From Phycisphaerales bacterium (GTDB taxonomy: Bacteria > Planctomycetota > Phycisphaerae > SM23-33), in assembly GCA_018644725.1 (NCBI GenBank), contig JABGPZ010000069.1:19055-83054 (forward strand): 64,000 nt of DNA. Direction: 5' to 3'. This document shows positions 39,034 through 48,983 of this stretch, piece by piece (within the stretch, counting starts at the first letter, position 1; every line of letters begins with the position of its first letter). The notes under the pieces were generated by a model, which ran no database searches, was not told the DNA's origin, and saw nothing but the letters and a program-made list of their open reading frames with translations. The position numbers and the translations under genes were made by a program.

Positions 39034-39891
39034 TCAAGTTTTCTGGTAGATCGCGAGGATGTCCGCGTCATCACACCGCCAGCGCCCCGCGAGGAACAAA
39101 CCCCACGTCTTGGGACTCAGCCAGAACCGTGTAGATTTCGGGCGATCAAACAGCACATCAATGGTCGAATCGAAGTGGTCCATCAGGTGATGAATGAACG
39201 GAAGTGACAGCAGGAACATGTTTGTGTAAGGTGTTTTGTAGTAAGCAGTTTGAGTCCATCCAAGGTCGCTGGTCGCGGCGTCGAGTCCCTCGCGTGAAAG
39301 GATATGGCGGTGGTAGGGCTGATGGAGCGGATGGACGTGATGGCCGACGGGGTCGAGGGAGATGCCCGAGGCATTGGGTGTGCCGATGACGATATAGCCG
39401 CCGGGGCGCACGTGGGAGTCGAATTGCTTCAGCATCGCCAGAGGGTCCGGCGCGTGCTCGATGACGTCTTGGGCGACGAGGATGTCGAACGGTTCGTCAA
39501 GGACGGCTGGGTCGTTGTGTGTCTTGCTGTAGGGGTCATATCCGACGGCATCGAATCCGCGCGCGCGGAAAAAATCGGTCAGCAATCCGCTCCCGCACCC
39601 GAAGTCCAGAAGTCGCATCGGCGGACGAATCCCACAGTGCTTGAGGCGTCGGGTGAGATTGCGATAGGCCATTCGCAGTGCGAAGTCCATTGTTTGACGG
39701 AAGAAGGGGTATTGCGCGTAGTAGTGTGGCAGGTCGACGTCTTCGAGCGCGTGGATCGACCCGCACCCGCCGCAGCGCCAGACCGTGAACGTTTCGCTCG
39801 CGAAGGCGCGGACATTGGGGTGGACGTTCGCGGTTTCGGCCGGGGCGGCTTCATGGCCACAGACACAGCATGTCATCAAATCAGGGTTCAT
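39034..39891 (-). CDS. Class I SAM-dependent methyltransferase with N-terminal Cys4 zinc ribbon
   Basis: CCVCGHE...CGGCGS, then SAM motif I LLDFGCGSG and motif post-I DAVGYDP. Confidence 0.75.
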   Translation of the reverse strand: MNPDLMTCCVCGHEAAPAETANVHPNVRAFASETFTVWRCGGCGSIHALEDVDLPHYYAQYPFFRQTMDFALRMAYRNLTRRLKHCGIRPPMRLLDFGCGSGLLTDFFRARGFDAVGYDPYSKTHNDPAVLDEPFDILVAQDVIEHAPDPLAMLKQFDSHVRPGGYIVIGTPNASGISLDPVGHHVHPLHQPYHRHILSREGLDAATSDLGWTQTAYYKTPYTNMFLLSLPFIHHLMDHFDSTIDVLFDRPKSTRFWLSPKTWGLFLAGRWRCDDADILAIYQKT

Positions 39892-39952
39892 GCCGCTAGC
39901 CTAGCCGATGACCCAGCCGGAAGCAAGGTAAACCCAACGTGCGGGGGAGGCT

Positions 39953-40855
39953 CTAGTTGCCGTTGAGCATGAGGATCCCCACGCCCGCGACCGCCAGAAG
40001 TGTTCCGGCGAGGGCCTTGGGGCAGATGGGCGTTTTGTACAGAATCCGTTCGAGGAGGATCACCACCAGCGGCGCGGTGGCAATCAGCGTTCCGGCCACG
40101 CCGACACTGGCCCCTTCGCTGAGCGCGACCATCGAGAGCCCCACGCCCAGTGCAGGTCCGGTGACGGCACCCAGCATCAAAGGTCGCACGACCTCACCCG
40201 TGGTGAACGCGTCGCGGACGCTTGCCCAGCGTTTGGCGAATGTGATGATGATGAGAAAGCCCGGCAGGGCGGCGATCAGGCGAATTTGCGTTGCGCTGAA
40301 GGCGTCATAGTCCCCCAGCCCTTTTTGGGCGAGGATATAGCCGATGGCCTGGCCAATTCCGCCGAGCAGCGCCAGAAGAATTCCCAGCTTGAGGTGGCGG
40401 TTGGGTTGGGCCTGGTTGGCTTTTCTGTGGACGAGCAACACCGAGATCACACCCGCGAGGGTCACGACGATTCCCGCCCACTGTCTCGCGTTGAGATATT
40501 GGTTGCAAAAGGGGACCGCCAGCACGGCCGCGAAAATCGGCCAGGTCGTAATCACCAGCACACTCAGGCGCGGGCCGATGAGGACGTATGCCTCGAAGAG
40601 GACCATGTCGCCGAGGAAAAATCCGACGAACCCACTCGCGGAAATATAGGCCCATTGCGTCGCGGTAGCGTCAAGCGGCAGAGGCATTCCGCGCCAGAAG
40701 GTTGTGATGGCGACCAGGATCACCATGCCCATGATCAGGCGCGTGAGGTTCACGCTCAGCGAACCGACGCGTTTTCCCGCCGTCGCAAAACAGAGGCTGC
40801 AAATCGCCCAGCATCCCGCCGCGCCGAGGGCGGCCAGTTCACCCGCACCGATCAT
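39953..40855 (-). CDS. DMT superfamily (EamA-like) transporter
   Basis: 10-TM protein with two repeat halves. Confidence 0.7.
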   Translation of the reverse strand: MIGAGELAALGAAGCWAICSLCFATAGKRVGSLSVNLTRLIMGMVILVAITTFWRGMPLPLDATATQWAYISASGFVGFFLGDMVLFEAYVLIGPRLSVLVITTWPIFAAVLAVPFCNQYLNARQWAGIVVTLAGVISVLLVHRKANQAQPNRHLKLGILLALLGGIGQAIGYILAQKGLGDYDAFSATQIRLIAALPGFLIIITFAKRWASVRDAFTTGEVVRPLMLGAVTGPALGVGLSMVALSEGASVGVAGTLIATAPLVVILLERILYKTPICPKALAGTLLAVAGVGILMLNGN

Positions 40856-42369
40856 CCCTGTTCTCCCGCGGGGGTAATCAGGCCTGCTTCGGGAGGCAGT
40901 TGCGTATCGACCACGACCGTGCGCGCGGACATGTCACCCAGGCGCATGTGCAGCGGTGTGAAGATCGGCGGGGCAATCAGAATGATGCGAATGAACCAAT
41001 TCGAGTGGAGCATTGCGAGGATTTCCAGCAGCTTCATGACGTTCCGCAGCATCACTTCCCGCGCGTTGAGCTGGAGGCTGCCGTCGGCGGCGACGCGGAT
41101 TTTCATCAGGCGCTTGCCGAGGGTCTGGCCCCATTTCCATTCGCAGTAGACGCAGATCAGGAAAAACACGCTCAGTGCGGCGATCATGGCGTAGAGTGCT
41201 TCGGGGAAGATGATCGCGATGAGGCGGTCGGCCTCGACGCCGGCTTGTTGCTGCTGGAGAAATTCCATTGCCTTTTCTTTGGGGATGAAGAGGTTCGACG
41301 CAATCATCACCAGCGGGAAAAAGTCGATGAAGAATGCGATCAGCCGTTTCCAGATGGGGGCGATGCGGAACGGCCCGGGCGAGACGCCCATGCGCGTGAT
41401 CGGGCGCGGCTTGAGGCCGAACATGACCACGATCATCAGGCCCATGATCCCCAGGAAGAAGTTGTTGTACAGGCTACCGACGGCCTCGAACGAGTCGGCG
41501 AAGTTGATGGTCTGCACGGTTGTCGTGCCGAGGACCGCGCCGGTGATTGCATCGGCAAGGATCAGCTTCCATTCGTCCTTCTCGCGATAGGCCAGCGCGA
41601 GTTCTTTCCCGAATTTCGCAGCGACGGGCTCGCTCTCGAACACCACGGGCGTATCATTGTGGTGAATGGTGATTTCTTTGGGGAACAGTGCGGCGGTGAC
41701 CCCATCTTTGATCCGGGTGCACTTCAGCAGGGCGGGCGTGGCGAGGACGGTGTCCTTCTTGGGTGTCCATTGGCCCTTGGCGAATTCGTAGACGGTGCCA
41801 CCGGCCTGGAGGAATTGTCCCTTTGCGGCCTGGAACGTGCCGGGATAGTTTTTCTGCGGCAGAATATCGCCGCTGGGCAACAGGAGTTGATGGTTGTTGA
41901 TACTGCCCGCAAGGAACAGGTGCAGGGAGTCGCCGGGGGTGTTGTCTTTGTTGGGGAAGACGCTCGCGCCGAGGATGGGCCCTTCGAGATTGCTGGCGAC
42001 GCGCTGGAAATCTTCATTGCGTTGCTTGCGATAAACGGCCGCGAGGGGTTCTTTTTTGTTTTCGCCCAGGGGAAGCACTAGCCAAAGCGTATCTTCCGTT
42101 GCGACGAGAATGGGATGCTGGACTTTGGGCGCATCGTCCGCTTTTGGCGCGGCTTTGGGCGCGTCTGCTTTGGCGTCCGCCTTGGGTTGAGATTGGGTCA
42201 AAGTGGGCGATTTGACCTCGGCGGGGGTGGTGTCGATCGCTTTGGCAGGGGTGGCCTTGACGGCTACGGCGGGTTTGGCCTTGACCGCCACGGCGGGTTT
42301 GGTCTCGTCGGCAGTCAATGGCGAAAGGGCGACGCCCAGCAGCAGGATCAGAAAAAGAAAGCGTTTCAT
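40852..42369 (-). CDS. Secreted domain fused to C-terminal RDD-family membrane domain
   Basis: Signal peptide. Lys/Pro/Ala-rich KPAVAVKA repeats encoded by tandem nucleotide repeats near 42190-42310. C-terminal RDD-like segment (CEWKWGQTLGKRLMKIRV). Confidence 0.55.
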   Translation of the reverse strand: MKRFLFLILLLGVALSPLTADETKPAVAVKAKPAVAVKATPAKAIDTTPAEVKSPTLTQSQPKADAKADAPKAAPKADDAPKVQHPILVATEDTLWLVLPLGENKKEPLAAVYRKQRNEDFQRVASNLEGPILGASVFPNKDNTPGDSLHLFLAGSINNHQLLLPSGDILPQKNYPGTFQAAKGQFLQAGGTVYEFAKGQWTPKKDTVLATPALLKCTRIKDGVTAALFPKEITIHHNDTPVVFESEPVAAKFGKELALAYREKDEWKLILADAITGAVLGTTTVQTINFADSFEAVGSLYNNFFLGIMGLMIVVMFGLKPRPITRMGVSPGPFRIAPIWKRLIAFFIDFFPLVMIASNLFIPKEKAMEFLQQQQAGVEADRLIAIIFPEALYAMIAALSVFFLICVYCEWKWGQTLGKRLMKIRVAADGSLQLNAREVMLRNVMKLLEILAMLHSNWFIRIILIAPPIFTPLHMRLGDMSARTVVVDTQLPPEAGLITPAGEQG

Positions 42370-42377
42370 AGAGGGTC

Positions 42378-43310
42378 TCAGCGAAGAAGGGTGGGTTTCA
42401 CACTGGACGGGAGGCGCTTGTGAAATTCGAAGGCCTCATCATCGACGCGGTCTTCGTCGGTCATGTCCTCGAGGCGAATTTCAAGCGTTGTGCCGGAATT
42501 GTGAAACTGGATGGTGAAGTGGCAGGGCAGCTCGACTTCGTCGCCGGATTCGTCGAGTTCCATCTTCGAGTATTCGTCGATGAGGGTCGTCGCGACGCAG
42601 CGGCCGAGCAGGTCGTAATGTTGAATCTTCGAGACGCGGATCGGAAGGCGCGTGGTTTCGCCCGTGATGCGGTGTTTTTGCAGCAGGCGATCGAAGTGAT
42701 AGTCGCGCCGCAGGACAGGGTAGCCCGCGAAGCGGTCATAGTCGATGGCCGAGATGATCGTCGTGCGTTTGTCCTCGCTGCGGCGTTGGGTGGCGACGGG
42801 TAAGCGGCTCGACGGCGAGCCCATCGGAAGAAGCCCCGTTGCGGCGAGCAGTTCGATCGGGTTGATTTCGAGGCGGTGGATCTGGCCGAGTTCGGTGTAG
42901 TAGCACCAGCGGCGCGAGCCCGCGTTGAGCCACGAGTAGGCGACGTTGTCTTTGACGCTCAGGCCCACACGGCCAATTTCCTGCGATGCTTCTTTGATTT
43001 GCAGCAACACGTCGGCCGGCGCGGTGTTCGACTTGGGACGCTTGACCACCATCAACCGTGCGTTGGGTTCGGCGTCTTTGGAGGCGCTCCCCCACGGGAA
43101 GCCAATGTCAGACGGGCTTTCGCGGAAGACAATCCGCATCTTGGCATAGGCCCACAACCGCTCGATTTTGTGCGCGGTGACGTTGTATTTCGTCGTGTAG
43201 ACCGGCGTGGGCGAGGCGATATTGTCGGCCATGGGTACGGTCGTATACGGCGAGCAACCGCCGCCGATGACGGCCAAAAGTACGATCAGCAGGAGGGGGG
43301 TGCGGGTCAT
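42378..43310 (-). CDS. Hypothetical lipoprotein
   Basis: MTRTPLLLIVLLAVIGGGCSP lipobox. The start at 43310 forms an ATGA overlap with the upstream gene. The track's longer N-terminal extension is rejected. Confidence 0.55.
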   Translation of the reverse strand: MTRTPLLLIVLLAVIGGGCSPYTTVPMADNIASPTPVYTTKYNVTAHKIERLWAYAKMRIVFRESPSDIGFPWGSASKDAEPNARLMVVKRPKSNTAPADVLLQIKEASQEIGRVGLSVKDNVAYSWLNAGSRRWCYYTELGQIHRLEINPIELLAATGLLPMGSPSSRLPVATQRRSEDKRTTIISAIDYDRFAGYPVLRRDYHFDRLLQKHRITGETTRLPIRVSKIQHYDLLGRCVATTLIDEYSKMELDESGDEVELPCHFTIQFHNSGTTLEIRLEDMTDEDRVDDEAFEFHKRLPSSVKPTLLR

Positions 43311-43846
43311 TCGTCGAAGTCTCCTTCCATGATCTCGCCGAGTTGCTCGGAGACCTCGGCGATGCGGTCTTCGTCGAGGCCGGGGTCGATCACATCGTGG
43401 GTGGTGTCGAACTTGCGTAGGCGCATCTGCCAGATCTCCGTGCCCTCGTCGTCGCGGTGCGAGCCGAGATAGACCAGGATTTTCTTTCGCATCAGGATCA
43501 GCGCCAGCACATAGCGGAACGCGATGCGCGTGGGTTCGTCGGTGTCGTCGAGACGCTGGAAAAAGTTGATCAAGAGCGCGTCGTCGATGAGGAGTTTTTT
43601 CTTCTCTTCTTTTTTCGGCACGATGGAATGCCACAGGCCCAACACGTCCTCGGCCTCACCGGGGGCAGGTTGATCGGCGGGTGCCTCGGCGACAATAGCG
43701 TCCCAGCATGGAGGGTGATAGTCCTCGCGCACAATCCCGTCCTCGCCCAGTCGGGCCAGGCAGACAATGGGAGATTCTTCGTTCAGAGCCTGCTCGCAAC
43801 GGGTGCAGAGGCCTTGCGTCTTGGCAATTTTAAAATCCTTGGCCAT
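43307..43846 (-). CDS. Hypothetical acidic protein with CxxC...HPPC motif
   Basis: GGAGA SD. CTRCEQ and HPPCW are possible metal ligands. Acidic C-terminus. Confidence 0.45.
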   Translation of the reverse strand: MAKDFKIAKTQGLCTRCEQALNEESPIVCLARLGEDGIVREDYHPPCWDAIVAEAPADQPAPGEAEDVLGLWHSIVPKKEEKKKLLIDDALLINFFQRLDDTDEPTRIAFRYVLALILMRKKILVYLGSHRDDEGTEIWQMRLRKFDTTHDVIDPGLDEDRIAEVSEQLGEIMEGDFDE

Positions 43847-43953
43847 TCGGTCATCGTCTCCAGAGAGGTCAGTGGTCGTGGATGTCTACACATACATCGC
43901 AGATCCGTATTATCCCTATTTTCGGGCTCTGACGCAATGGGGAGCGGCGGAAT

Positions 43954-44997
43954 TTACAGCCCTAATATTCCCTGCGCCGCGTTGAATCCCCAGCCCACCA
44001 GCGTGAACAGGACCATCAGCACCAGGAAGAACGTCAGCAACAGACGCGGCTTCATGACCTGGCGGAGCAGGACGAATTCGGGGAAGCTCGCGGCGACGAC
44101 GCTCATCATGAACGCCAGCGTGGTCCCTACGGGCAGGCCCTTGTCGAGAAGCGTTTTGGCCACGGGGATGATGCCCGATGCGTTGGAATAGAGCGGAATG
44201 CCGAGTAGCGTCGCGGCCGGAACGGACCACCATTGGCCGTCGCCGAGATGCTCGACGATCCATTCGCGCGGGACATAGCCATGCAGCGCAGCGCCAGCCG
44301 CGATGCCGAGGATGACCCATTTCCAGATGCGCTTGATGATCGTGGCGGTTTCGGTGCGGGCGAAGTCTCGCCGCGCTGGCCAAGAGAGTTTCTGTGTTTG
44401 GCTCGGGGCCGAATCGCAGCTGCAATTGCATTCGCAGGGGGTTTTGTCAGTTTCGGCGGCGGCGTGTTCGGCCGCGTCCAATGCGCCGCCCGCGAGGTCG
44501 GTCAAGTATCGCTCGGCCTTGATGAAGTCGAAAAACCATCCCCCCAGCATCCCCGCCGCGATGCCCACGATGACATAGGCGATGGTGAACGGTGCGCCGA
44601 GTTCGGTGCCGAGGAGGACGACGGCGACTTCGTTGATGATTGGCGAGGTGATCAGGAACGCCATCGTGAATCCGATGGGAATCCGCGCGGCCGTGAACCC
44701 GAGGAACAGTGGAATCGAGCTGCAACTGCAAAACGGTGTCACCGCGCCGAACATCGCCGCGAGGCCATAGCCGATCAGGCGGTGTTTGCCTTGGAGGAAA
44801 TCGCGAACGCGCTCGACGTTCAGCGATGCGCGCGCGATGCCAATGGCGTAGATCAGTACTAAAAGCAGCGCGAAAATTTTCGTCGTGTCTTCGATGAAAA
44901 AGTGGAGCGCTTTGGGAAAGTCTTCACCGTGGGCGAGGCCGAAGACCGTGTACACCAGCCAGCTCGCCAGATCGGTAAAACATTGGAAGACGTTCAT
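43954..44997 (-). CDS. arsP: Organoarsenical efflux permease ArsP-like (DUF318 permease)
   Basis: Contains the ArsP signature TPFcSCSS (VTPFCSCSSIPLF) and a second Cys cluster (CECNCSCD). 4-nt overlap with upstream arsR. Confidence 0.65.
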   Translation of the reverse strand: MNVFQCFTDLASWLVYTVFGLAHGEDFPKALHFFIEDTTKIFALLLVLIYAIGIARASLNVERVRDFLQGKHRLIGYGLAAMFGAVTPFCSCSSIPLFLGFTAARIPIGFTMAFLITSPIINEVAVVLLGTELGAPFTIAYVIVGIAAGMLGGWFFDFIKAERYLTDLAGGALDAAEHAAAETDKTPCECNCSCDSAPSQTQKLSWPARRDFARTETATIIKRIWKWVILGIAAGAALHGYVPREWIVEHLGDGQWWSVPAATLLGIPLYSNASGIIPVAKTLLDKGLPVGTTLAFMMSVVAASFPEFVLLRQVMKPRLLLTFFLVLMVLFTLVGWGFNAAQGILGL

Positions 44998-45323
44998 TCT
45001 GCTGCTCCCTCAGCTGCGCACGCGCAGATCGGCAGACCCGCGAGGGCGGCTTCGATGCAGCTGAAGAATTGCAGCAGGCAGGGCGTCATCAGCGTGTAGA
45101 ACACGTTCATGCCCGCGCGGCGCGGTTCGATCAGGCCGGCGGTTTTGAGTACCGAGAGGTGTTTGGAGACGGTGGACATGTCCGAGCCGATGAGGGTCTG
45201 TAGATCGCAGACGCACCGTTCGCCGTCGGCGAGTTCTTCGAGAACGAGCAGCCGTGTGGGGTGCGCCATGGCCTTGAGGATCCCGGCGCGGGTGTCGAGT
45301 TGGTTCTTGCGTTTTGCGTTCAT
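44994..45323 (-). CDS. arsR: ArsR/SmtB family metalloregulator
   Basis: HTH (LKAMAHPTRLLVLEELADGERCVCDL). The arsenite-binding Cys is in ELADGERCVCDL, plus a C-terminal Cys pair. Confidence 0.8.
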   Translation of the reverse strand: MNAKRKNQLDTRAGILKAMAHPTRLLVLEELADGERCVCDLQTLIGSDMSTVSKHLSVLKTAGLIEPRRAGMNVFYTLMTPCLLQFFSCIEAALAGLPICACAAEGAAE

Positions 45324-45466
45324 GATGTTTGTTTCGTCCTGTTTGTAGGGGCGAAAAATCTTTCGCCCATCTGTTCGATGTGTAGCGATTTCATTTCATC
45401 ATGGCTGTCCGCGACGAGTACGCCGCGTGCAGGCCATGGACCCGTGGAGGAGGTTGGGTGATATCC

Positions 45467-45500
45467 TTTTGGCAATCTAGCCAATTGGTAAACTAGCCAA
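45467..45500. promoter_or_regulatory. Palindromic candidate ArsR operator
   Basis: TTTTGGCaatctaGCCAATTGGtaaacTAGCCAAAA is a near-perfect dyad centred on CCAATTGG, about 145 nt upstream of the arsR ATG. Confidence 0.3.
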
Positions 45501-45530
45501 AAGGTAGGGTTTTGTCAAGACCGAAACAAA

Positions 45531-45565
45531 TAAAAAAGGACGTCACGAATTGCGACATCCTTTGG
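45531..45565 (-). terminator. Rho-independent terminator (minus strand) downstream of the esterase gene
   Basis: On the minus strand, AAAGGATGTC...GACGTCCTTT hairpin followed by TTTTTTATTT. A second tetraloop hairpin CCTCTCG-cttg-CGAGAGG lies at 45607-45624. Confidence 0.5.
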
Positions 45566-45657
45566 GTGGTGTGGAGTTTTGTATTGGTTTGTTTTTCAAA
45601 GCCTGTCCTCTCGCTTGCGAGAGGTCGGGATAAAGGATAAATGATTTGATTGTCTTT

Positions 45658-46641
45658 CTATTTTTGGATCGCGCGGGCGGGTTCGGCGCTGAAGCACTGC
45701 TCGCGGACCTGTTTGGGCGTCAGCGCAGGGCCGTCCATCAGCTTCAGGCCGATGAGGAACGCTTCGGACGCGGCGATGTGCTCGCAGAAGTAGACTCCGC
45801 CTTGTTTGTGATAGTTGAAAAAACCATGGGCCTGGCCTTCGGCGGCGACGAGCGTGCAGGGGCGGTCGAGTTTTTTCATGTTCGCGGTGAAGCGCTCGGC
45901 GTTGGCGAACCGAACGGTGGTGTCCTTCGTGCCGTGGAAGAGGATCGTCGGGGGCGTTTTTTTCGTGATGTTATCGGCGGGCGAGAAGAGCTTCCAATTG
46001 AGGCCCGAGAAGCGCCTGTTGCCAAAGCCTTTGCGCGAGGTGTCGATGACGGGGTTGAATAGGATCATCGCGCAGGGCCGGGCGGAAATGGTGTTGTCTT
46101 CGTCGGCGGGAACGGGGACGGTTCCGGTGCAGGCGGCGACGTGTCCGCCGGCCGAGCCGCCCGAGGAGACGATTTTTTCTGGGTCAATGCCGAGGGTCGC
46201 GGCGTTTTTGCGGAGATAGCGCACGGCGTCGCGGCCATCTTCCACGCAGGCGGAAGGCTTGGTTTTGTGGCGGGAAAAGACGCGATACTCGGCCGACGCG
46301 CAGACGAATCCGCGGCTGGCGAAGTGGCGCGCATGGGGATAAAACTGGCTCGGCGAGCCGCTGTTCCAGCCGCCGCCGAAGAAGAACACGATCACCGGGC
46401 GGGTGTCGGTTTTCTTGTAGCCCGCCGGATAGAACATGTGCAGCGAAAGTTTGACTTCCTTGCCGGCGGCATCTTTGGTGGTCTTGAAGACGATCTTGCC
46501 ATCGGGCGTGAAGGTCTTGGCGTGGACGAATTTCGAATCGATCTTCGGCGCGACGGGGTCGGCCTTGGCCTTGCCTCGACCTCTGGGCGCGGCGATCAGA
46601 ATCGTGGACATCAACAAAAGGGCGAGGGCAGTGCGTAGCAT
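45658..46641 (-). CDS. Secreted alpha/beta-hydrolase (esterase/lipase, HGGG-type)
   Basis: Signal peptide. Oxyanion HGGG-like FFFGGGW. Nucleophile elbow GGSAGGH. Later HG motif. Confidence 0.75.
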   Translation of the reverse strand: MLRTALALLLMSTILIAAPRGRGKAKADPVAPKIDSKFVHAKTFTPDGKIVFKTTKDAAGKEVKLSLHMFYPAGYKKTDTRPVIVFFFGGGWNSGSPSQFYPHARHFASRGFVCASAEYRVFSRHKTKPSACVEDGRDAVRYLRKNAATLGIDPEKIVSSGGSAGGHVAACTGTVPVPADEDNTISARPCAMILFNPVIDTSRKGFGNRRFSGLNWKLFSPADNITKKTPPTILFHGTKDTTVRFANAERFTANMKKLDRPCTLVAAEGQAHGFFNYHKQGGVYFCEHIAASEAFLIGLKLMDGPALTPKQVREQCFSAEPARAIQK

Positions 46642-46701
46642 CGTTTTCTCCTTCGAAGCAGGTCGGGTTACTCTCGTACTAACGCAGCCTGGTGTGATTT
46701 C

Positions 46702-47991
46702 TTACAGGCAGGATTGCTCGGGCGCAAAAATCTCTTTTGCGGTTTCTCGTGGGCGAATCACTTTGAACGTGTCGCCATCGACGAGGACCTCGGCCGGGCG
46801 GGGGCGCGTGTTGTAGGTGCTCGCCATCACGAAGCCATAGGCACCCGCGCCGAAGATCGCCAGCAAATCCCCGCGCGTCATCGGCGGCAGGGTTCGCGCA
46901 TGGGCGAGCGTATCGGAGGTTTCGCACACGCCGCCGACGATGTCCACGGTCACGCCACCTTCGGGGGCGTAGGTGAGTTTGCGTTCGGGCGTGGCTGCGC
47001 CGTCGGCAAGTTGGACGGGGTAGACGAAGTGCTCGGCCTGGTAGAGCGCGGGGCGCAGCAGGTCGGTCATGGCCGCGTCGGCGATGAGGAATTTCTTCTC
47101 GCCGCCAGTCTTAGTGTAGAGCACTTTGGTCGCGAGGATGCCTGCGTTGCAGGCAATGTGACGGCCGGGCTCAAGGATGAGATTAACGTTGGCCTGCTTG
47201 ATCAGCGGGAGGATTTCTGCGGCATAGTCGGCAGCGAGGGGGCTTTTGCCAGTTTCATAGTCGGCCGCAAAACCGCCGCCAAGGTCGAGGACGTTGATCT
47301 CCATGCCCTTGGCGCGGATGGCGTCGATGAACACGAGCGCTTTTTTCAGCGCGGCGACGTAGGGGTCGGCCGAGTAGATCGGCGAGCCGATGTGCAGGTG
47401 AATCGAATCGAGTTTGACGTGCTCGTCGCGGCCATAGCGGTCGAAAAAGTCTTCCGCGCGGTCGATGTCCACGCCGAATTTGGTTTCCTTCTTGCCGGTG
47501 GTCGTGTAGGCGTGGGTCTTGGGATCGTAGACGTCGGGGTTGATCCGCAACGCGCCGCGAGTGGTCACGCCCATTTCGGCCGCGATGGCGGAGATCGTCT
47601 CGAATTCCATTTCCGACTCGATGTTGAACCAGCCGATGTTGCACTCGAGGGCGTAGCGGATTTCCGCATCGGTCTTGCCAACACCCGCGTAGACAATCTT
47701 CTGCGGGTCGGCGCCGATGGCCATCGCGCGCGCCAGCTCGCCGCCGGAGACGACGTCAAAGCCGCTGCCAGCGCCTTTCAGCACGTTGAGGATGCTGAGA
47801 TTGCTGAGGGTTTTGATCGAGTAGCACACCGTCGTATCCACGTCCGCGAAGCTGCTCGCGAGCTTGGTGTAGTGGTCGAGCAGGGTCGCCTTGGAATAGA
47901 TATAGACCGGCGAGCCCGCCTGAGCGACGATGTCGGCGACGGGGAGATCTTCACAGCAGAGCTGTCCGTTAATGTAGTTGAATGCGTCCAT
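46702..47991 (-). CDS. lysA: Diaminopimelate decarboxylase
   Basis: PLP fold-III decarboxylase motifs (SIKTLSN...GSGFDVVSGGEL...HIGSP...GGGFAADY...CETSD). Confidence 0.85.
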   Translation of the reverse strand: MDAFNYINGQLCCEDLPVADIVAQAGSPVYIYSKATLLDHYTKLASSFADVDTTVCYSIKTLSNLSILNVLKGAGSGFDVVSGGELARAMAIGADPQKIVYAGVGKTDAEIRYALECNIGWFNIESEMEFETISAIAAEMGVTTRGALRINPDVYDPKTHAYTTTGKKETKFGVDIDRAEDFFDRYGRDEHVKLDSIHLHIGSPIYSADPYVAALKKALVFIDAIRAKGMEINVLDLGGGFAADYETGKSPLAADYAAEILPLIKQANVNLILEPGRHIACNAGILATKVLYTKTGGEKKFLIADAAMTDLLRPALYQAEHFVYPVQLADGAATPERKLTYAPEGGVTVDIVGGVCETSDTLAHARTLPPMTRGDLLAIFGAGAYGFVMASTYNTRPRPAEVLVDGDTFKVIRPRETAKEIFAPEQSCL

Positions 47992-48026
47992 GATGGACGC
48001 GATAATACGTCAAATCGCCCGAAAAA

Positions 48027-48914
48027 TCAAGATTCACACCATGGTTCGACGTGGATGAGGACTTCGAGCACGTCGGGCTCGGCTGCGAGGACGTGCTGCT
48101 GAAATTGCTCGGTGAGGGCGTGGGCATCGGCGACGGTGGTGGCGGGATCGACGAGCATGTGCAGGTCGATGACGCCACTGCCGCCGAGGGTGCGGCAGCG
48201 GATTTTGTGGAGTTCGCGGATTTGCGGGAACGCTTCGGCGTGTTTGAGGATGCGCGTTTCAAATTCGCCTTCGCTGCGGGCTTCGAGCAATTCGCGCCAA
48301 GACGGGCCGATGATGTGCCACGTCGCGCGCAGCAGCAGGACGGTGACGACGAGCGCGGCGATGTGGTCGAGGCTGGTGATCTCCGGCCAAATCCACCCAC
48401 CGACGACCGCGATGGCCACGGGGATGGAGCTGATCGCGTCGGAGCGGTGATGCCATGCGTTGGCGACGACGGCCGAGGATCGCAGGGCGCGGCCTTTGCG
48501 AGCGGTCCAGCGGAAGAGAATTTCCTTGGCGACAATCGAACCCAGTGCCGCGAGAAGTGCCCACACGCCGGGCGTGTTGGTGTGCGGCTCGTTGAGGGTG
48601 ACGATGGCGTTGTAGCCGATCCCCAGACCCACCGCGCCGATGAGGACGCCGATGGCGATGTTGATCATCGTCTCGATCCGTCCGTGGCCGTAGGGATGTT
48701 TCGCGTCGGCTGGGGCGGTCCAGAACCGCGCGCCCACCACGACGGCGAAGTCGGTCGCGAGGTCCGACAGCGAATGCACGCCGTCGGCCACCAGCGCCTG
48801 GGAGCCCGAGAGAATCCCGATGGTCGTCTTGGCGATGGCGAGGACGATGTTCACTACCGCGCCAACGAGCGTGACGTGGGTGATGCTCCGGATTGTGTTC
48901 GTGCGGTCGGTCAT
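48027..48914 (-). CDS. Cation diffusion facilitator (CDF) family metal efflux transporter
   Basis: 6-TM domain with ALVADGVHSLSDL and HPYGHGRIE signatures, plus a C-terminal cytoplasmic domain. Confidence 0.8.
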   Translation of the reverse strand: MTDRTNTIRSITHVTLVGAVVNIVLAIAKTTIGILSGSQALVADGVHSLSDLATDFAVVVGARFWTAPADAKHPYGHGRIETMINIAIGVLIGAVGLGIGYNAIVTLNEPHTNTPGVWALLAALGSIVAKEILFRWTARKGRALRSSAVVANAWHHRSDAISSIPVAIAVVGGWIWPEITSLDHIAALVVTVLLLRATWHIIGPSWRELLEARSEGEFETRILKHAEAFPQIRELHKIRCRTLGGSGVIDLHMLVDPATTVADAHALTEQFQQHVLAAEPDVLEVLIHVEPWCES

Positions 48915-48983
48915 GGACTACATTATAGCTTTACATTGCTCTGCATAGAACATCCGTTTATTTTGTTTTTTTGTGTTTGCTCA

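Noticed and set aside
45261-45461. 66-aa plus-strand ORF in the arsR upstream region
   Set aside because: It overlaps the arsR start and promoter and has no SD. This region is better explained as regulatory (hairpin plus dyad operator).
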